A stretch of DNA of 49,385 nt from Deltaproteobacteria bacterium (lineage in GTDB: Bacteria > Myxococcota_A > UBA9160 > SMWR01): NCBI GenBank assembly GCA_004356735.1, contig SMWR01000072.1:1-49385 (forward strand), given 5' to 3'. Shown here piece after piece: positions 47,071-49,385 of this stretch. The translations under genes and the position numbers were made by a program. Positions within the stretch are counted from its first letter, which is position 1. Each line of letters opens with the position of its first letter. The notes under the pieces were generated by a model that saw only the letters and a list, made by a program, of their open reading frames with translations, did no database searches and was not told where the DNA came from.

Positions 47071-47111
47071 TCTGCCGAGCCGCGATTGCTTCGGGAGTTC
47101 GAGAAAAGGCC

Positions 47112-47195
47112 AGGACGTTGGCTGGGAGTGGGTGCTCCTGAACTGCCCAATCGCCGTCTCAGCGCCGAGGAACACCCAACCCCGGACAACGTCCC
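47112..47195. repeat. imperfect 27-nt inverted repeat (about 30-nt loop), same family as the rpmA-obg hairpin
   Basis: AGGACGTTGGCTGGGAGTGGGTGCTCC (47112-47138) against GGAACACCCAACCCCGGACAACGTCCC (47169-47195): 20 Watson-Crick pairs plus 1 wobble out of 27. The revcomp of the right arm, GGGACGTTGTCCGGGGTTGGGTGTTCC, aligns with 11250-11277 (CGTTGTC 7/7, then 15/19 with one 1-nt gap). Confidence 0.75.
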
Positions 47196-47199
47196 TCGA

Positions 47200-47988
47200 T
47201 CAGCTGGCGTAGCCGAGGCCGCGGGACAGGCGTCCGGCGGCATCGACCACGAGCGGTGAGGTTTCCTGGAGGAGGTCGTCCGCGCTGAGCCGGAACGCGG
47301 GGGCCGAGATCGACAGTGCGGCAACCACGCCACCCTCGCCATCGAAGACCGGAGCCGCGACACAGCAGAGCCCGTCTTCGCATTCTTCGAGGTCGTGGGC
47401 AAAGCCTCGGACCGCGACCGTACGCAGGTGCTCGAAGAACTTGTCGCGATCGTCGATCGTCGTGGCGGTACGCTTTTCCATGGGGCGGGTGGCAACCACC
47501 TCTCGGTCATACGCCTCGCGAACTTCTTCGGCTGCACAGCCTAGCAGTACCTTGCCGAGCGCCGTGCAGTGCACGGGCATGCGCCGACCGACGCGCAGAC
47601 CGGTCGTGATCAGCTGCTCGGACTGGGAGCCGTCGAGATGCACGACTTCATGGCCGCGCAGCACCGCCAGATGAGCCGTCTCACCGGACTTCGCCGCGAG
47701 CCCATCGAGAACGGGGCGGGCACGGCCCAGCAGCGAGCGGCTGCGCATGAAAGACCGCCCGAGCTCGAGCGCCTTCACACCCAGCCGGTAGCGCTCGTTG
47801 TCACTACTCTGCTCGATATATCCCTGCTGCTCCAACGTGGCGAGCAGGCGGAACACGTTGTTCTTGTGGAGCACGAGCCTACGAGAGAGTTCGGTGACGC
47901 CGAGCTCTTCCTCGTCGCTGAAGGCCTCAAGCAACCGCATCGCGTTGATCACGGTCTGGATGGCGTACTCGCCCTTGGGCTTTCTCAT
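47200..47988 (-). CDS. IclR family transcriptional regulator
   Basis: N-terminal wHTH IQTVINAMRLLEAFSDEEELGVTELSRRLVLHKNNVFRLLATLEQQGYIEQ and an IclR effector domain. ATG 47988; the track ORF extends to 48114. Confidence 0.9.
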   Translation of the reverse strand: MRKPKGEYAIQTVINAMRLLEAFSDEEELGVTELSRRLVLHKNNVFRLLATLEQQGYIEQSSDNERYRLGVKALELGRSFMRSRSLLGRARPVLDGLAAKSGETAHLAVLRGHEVVHLDGSQSEQLITTGLRVGRRMPVHCTALGKVLLGCAAEEVREAYDREVVATRPMEKRTATTIDDRDKFFEHLRTVAVRGFAHDLEECEDGLCCVAAPVFDGEGGVVAALSISAPAFRLSADDLLQETSPLVVDAAGRLSRGLGYAS

Positions 47989-48162
47989 CGGCTGGGTCTC
48001 CAACCCCTCAGTGATTGGACTGCAGGCGAGCACGAATGGCGGGGGGAGCCATCCGGCCCGGATGTTCCTGGCAGCAAGAGTTTGATCTGAAGGCCATGGG
48101 TCGGCCGGCCGCAACGGTAGCGCGATCGGCTGAAGACCGCGGCGGCTCGTCGGGAACCCATC

Positions 48163-48198
48163 CTAGATGACTTACCCGGATTAGATGACTTACCCGGA
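48163..48198. repeat. perfect 18-bp tandem duplication TAGATGACTTACCCGGAT x2
   Basis: 48163-48180 and 48181-48198 are identical. About 175 nt upstream of the IclR-regulator start. Confidence 0.9.
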
Positions 48199-48563
48199 TG
48201 CGACGCACTTCGTGTGCTCAAAGGCGTGTCCAAGCTTCCAATGGGACCGGTGAAGTCGACAGCTCTCGTCGAAGAAAAGGACCGCGGCCTATATCGCAGG
48301 GGCGCTGGCCCCTGTCAAGAAAACTTCACGACAACATCGAGACGCGCACGCTCCCGTCACCGGAATGTGCTTGCCGGAAGTGGTCGCACAGCAGCGACCA
48401 GCAACGAATTTTCGCTTTCGTCCCAACGGGGAGACTCGACGAAAAAAATCTCGTCCGGCGAGGGAAGCGCGGTCGCACCCTCCGGACAATCTCGATTCTC
48501 CGCGGTTTCTCGTCGGAGAAGCTTCATTCTACGTCACGCTGACGGACACCCAACCCGGGGAAT

Positions 48564-49076
48564 TCAGGGAACTTGCTTCTCTTTGGGAGCACGCTCCTCG
48601 CCTTCCGTTGCGAGCAGCTCGAGAACCAACAAGCCGACACCGATGACGATGAAGCTGTCGGCGAAGTTGAAGTCGGGCCAAGCGTAATTCTGCCACAGTC
48701 GGAAGTGAAGAAAGTCGACGACCTCACCGTGCACGACGCGATCGATGAGATTCCCGATCGCTCCCCCGAGGATGAAACCGAGTGCGAGCGCTGACAGACG
48801 ATCCCCGGGGGCGAGCTTCACGAAAAAGGAGAGGAGGATGCCGATGGCCACCAGGGCCACGCCGATGAAGAACGATAGCCGGAACGCCTCGGGTGCTGTC
48901 GCGAACAGACCGAAGGCCGCACCCGGATTGCGCACGTGTGTGAGGTAGAAAAACCCCTCGATCACCTCTCTCTTGGCGCCGTAGTGAAGCTGCGAGCTGA
49001 TCAGGAACTTGCTGACCTGATCGAGAATGAGACTGGCGAGAAAGGCGCCGAGACCGATGCGGAGCTTCGGCGTCAT
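48564..49076 (-). CDS. lspA: lipoprotein signal peptidase II
   Basis: LDQVSK, FYLTHVRNPGAAFG, GGAIGNLIDR, VVDFLHF..WPDFNFADS are LspA motifs. ATG 49076; the longest TTG start is 49088. Confidence 0.92.
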   Translation of the reverse strand: MTPKLRIGLGAFLASLILDQVSKFLISSQLHYGAKREVIEGFFYLTHVRNPGAAFGLFATAPEAFRLSFFIGVALVAIGILLSFFVKLAPGDRLSALALGFILGGAIGNLIDRVVHGEVVDFLHFRLWQNYAWPDFNFADSFIVIGVGLLVLELLATEGEERAPKEKQVP

Positions 49077-49145
49077 GGGATCGGGCAACCTATCACAGCG
49101 TTCCCGCAGGGGCTATCGGCGCTTGCGGGAACCGGGGTTGCGAAT

Positions 49146-49385
49146 TCAACGCAGCTCGGCGGCATCGAGATGCCCGTCTCCCCAGCTGTGGGGATCCAGC
49201 CGCCGTGCGCGATCGAGATGCAGCGCACCACTTCCGCCCTGGGCCATCAGTGCTGCACCGCGCAGTCCGCTCAGATGGGCCTCGACCCCCGGGGTGAGCG
49301 CCCCTTGTGCATCGAGCAGGGCCTCGGCCTGGTCGACATAGGCCAACGCACGATCCGGATCGCCTTCGTCGATCTCGTGCCGCGC
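49146..49385 (-). CDS. C-terminal fragment of a protein continuing beyond the window end (helical repeat/TPR-like, unassigned)
   Basis: Open frame from the window edge to TGA 49146 (..RALAYVDQAEALLDAQGALTPGVEAHLSGLRGAALMAQGG..). Only 79 codons are visible. Confidence 0.45.
   Translation of the reverse strand, partial: ARHEIDEGDPDRALAYVDQAEALLDAQGALTPGVEAHLSGLRGAALMAQGGSGALHLDRARRLDPHSWGDGHLDAAELR

Overview
GC-rich bacterial chromosomal segment. Third codon positions are mostly G/C, and long antisense shadow ORFs occur on almost every gene. The gene repertoire (several sigma-54 type regulators, PilZ, HD-GYP, a MinD-like ATPase, a tandem-domain ThyX, a plant-type GshA) resembles Myxococcota/Deltaproteobacteria-like lineages; this is inference only. 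I support about 48 protein genes and found no rRNA, tRNA, CRISPR array, transposase or integrase. Layout: (1) 1-8266, minus strand: prfA (cut by the window edge), rho, pgeF, rluD, a J-like/RodZ-HTH protein, a MinD/ParA ATPase, an HNH nuclease and selA. (2) 8686-18257, plus strand: a conserved, translationally coupled housekeeping string, RNase E/G-rplU-rpmA-obg-proB-proA-nadD-rsfS-gpmI-comF, with many ATGA/GTGA start-stop overlaps. (3) 18187-28161, minus strand: a PAS-HisKA-REC protein with no ATPase domain, a Grx-TrxR fusion, a tightly coupled trio (DUF1232 protein / REC-PAS protein / 554-aa unknown 6-TM protein), gshA, a doubly frameshifted YjjX-like NTPase, a hypothetical protein and an M23 peptidase. 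(4) 28668-33152, minus strand: an aminotransferase, a GNAT, a secreted hypothetical protein and a tandem-domain thyX. (5) 33329-39129, plus strand, the most interesting part: two perfect sigma-54 promoters (TGGCAC-N5-TTGC), each with tandem upstream repeats. The first fronts a gene fusing a degenerate enhancer-binding AAA+ module to a degenerate histidine kinase, followed by a real NtrC-type activator. The second fronts a REC-HD-GYP phosphodiesterase and a PilZ protein. Together this reads as a sigma-54 cascade feeding a c-di-GMP output. (6) 39130-49385: a structured noncoding region ending in a strong terminator, then tatA/B-tatC, an acyl-CoA carboxylase cluster, malic enzyme, acyl-CoA dehydrogenase, an IclR regulator, lspA and a partial gene at the window edge. 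Two families of intergenic repeats are not explained by the genes. One is a 17-nt palindrome, GGGTGAACGYTCACCCC, present three times. The other is a set of GT-rich long inverted repeats built on GGGACGTTGTC..GGGGTT..GGTGTT. All calls rest on reading the sequence and ORF translations by eye; no database search was run.
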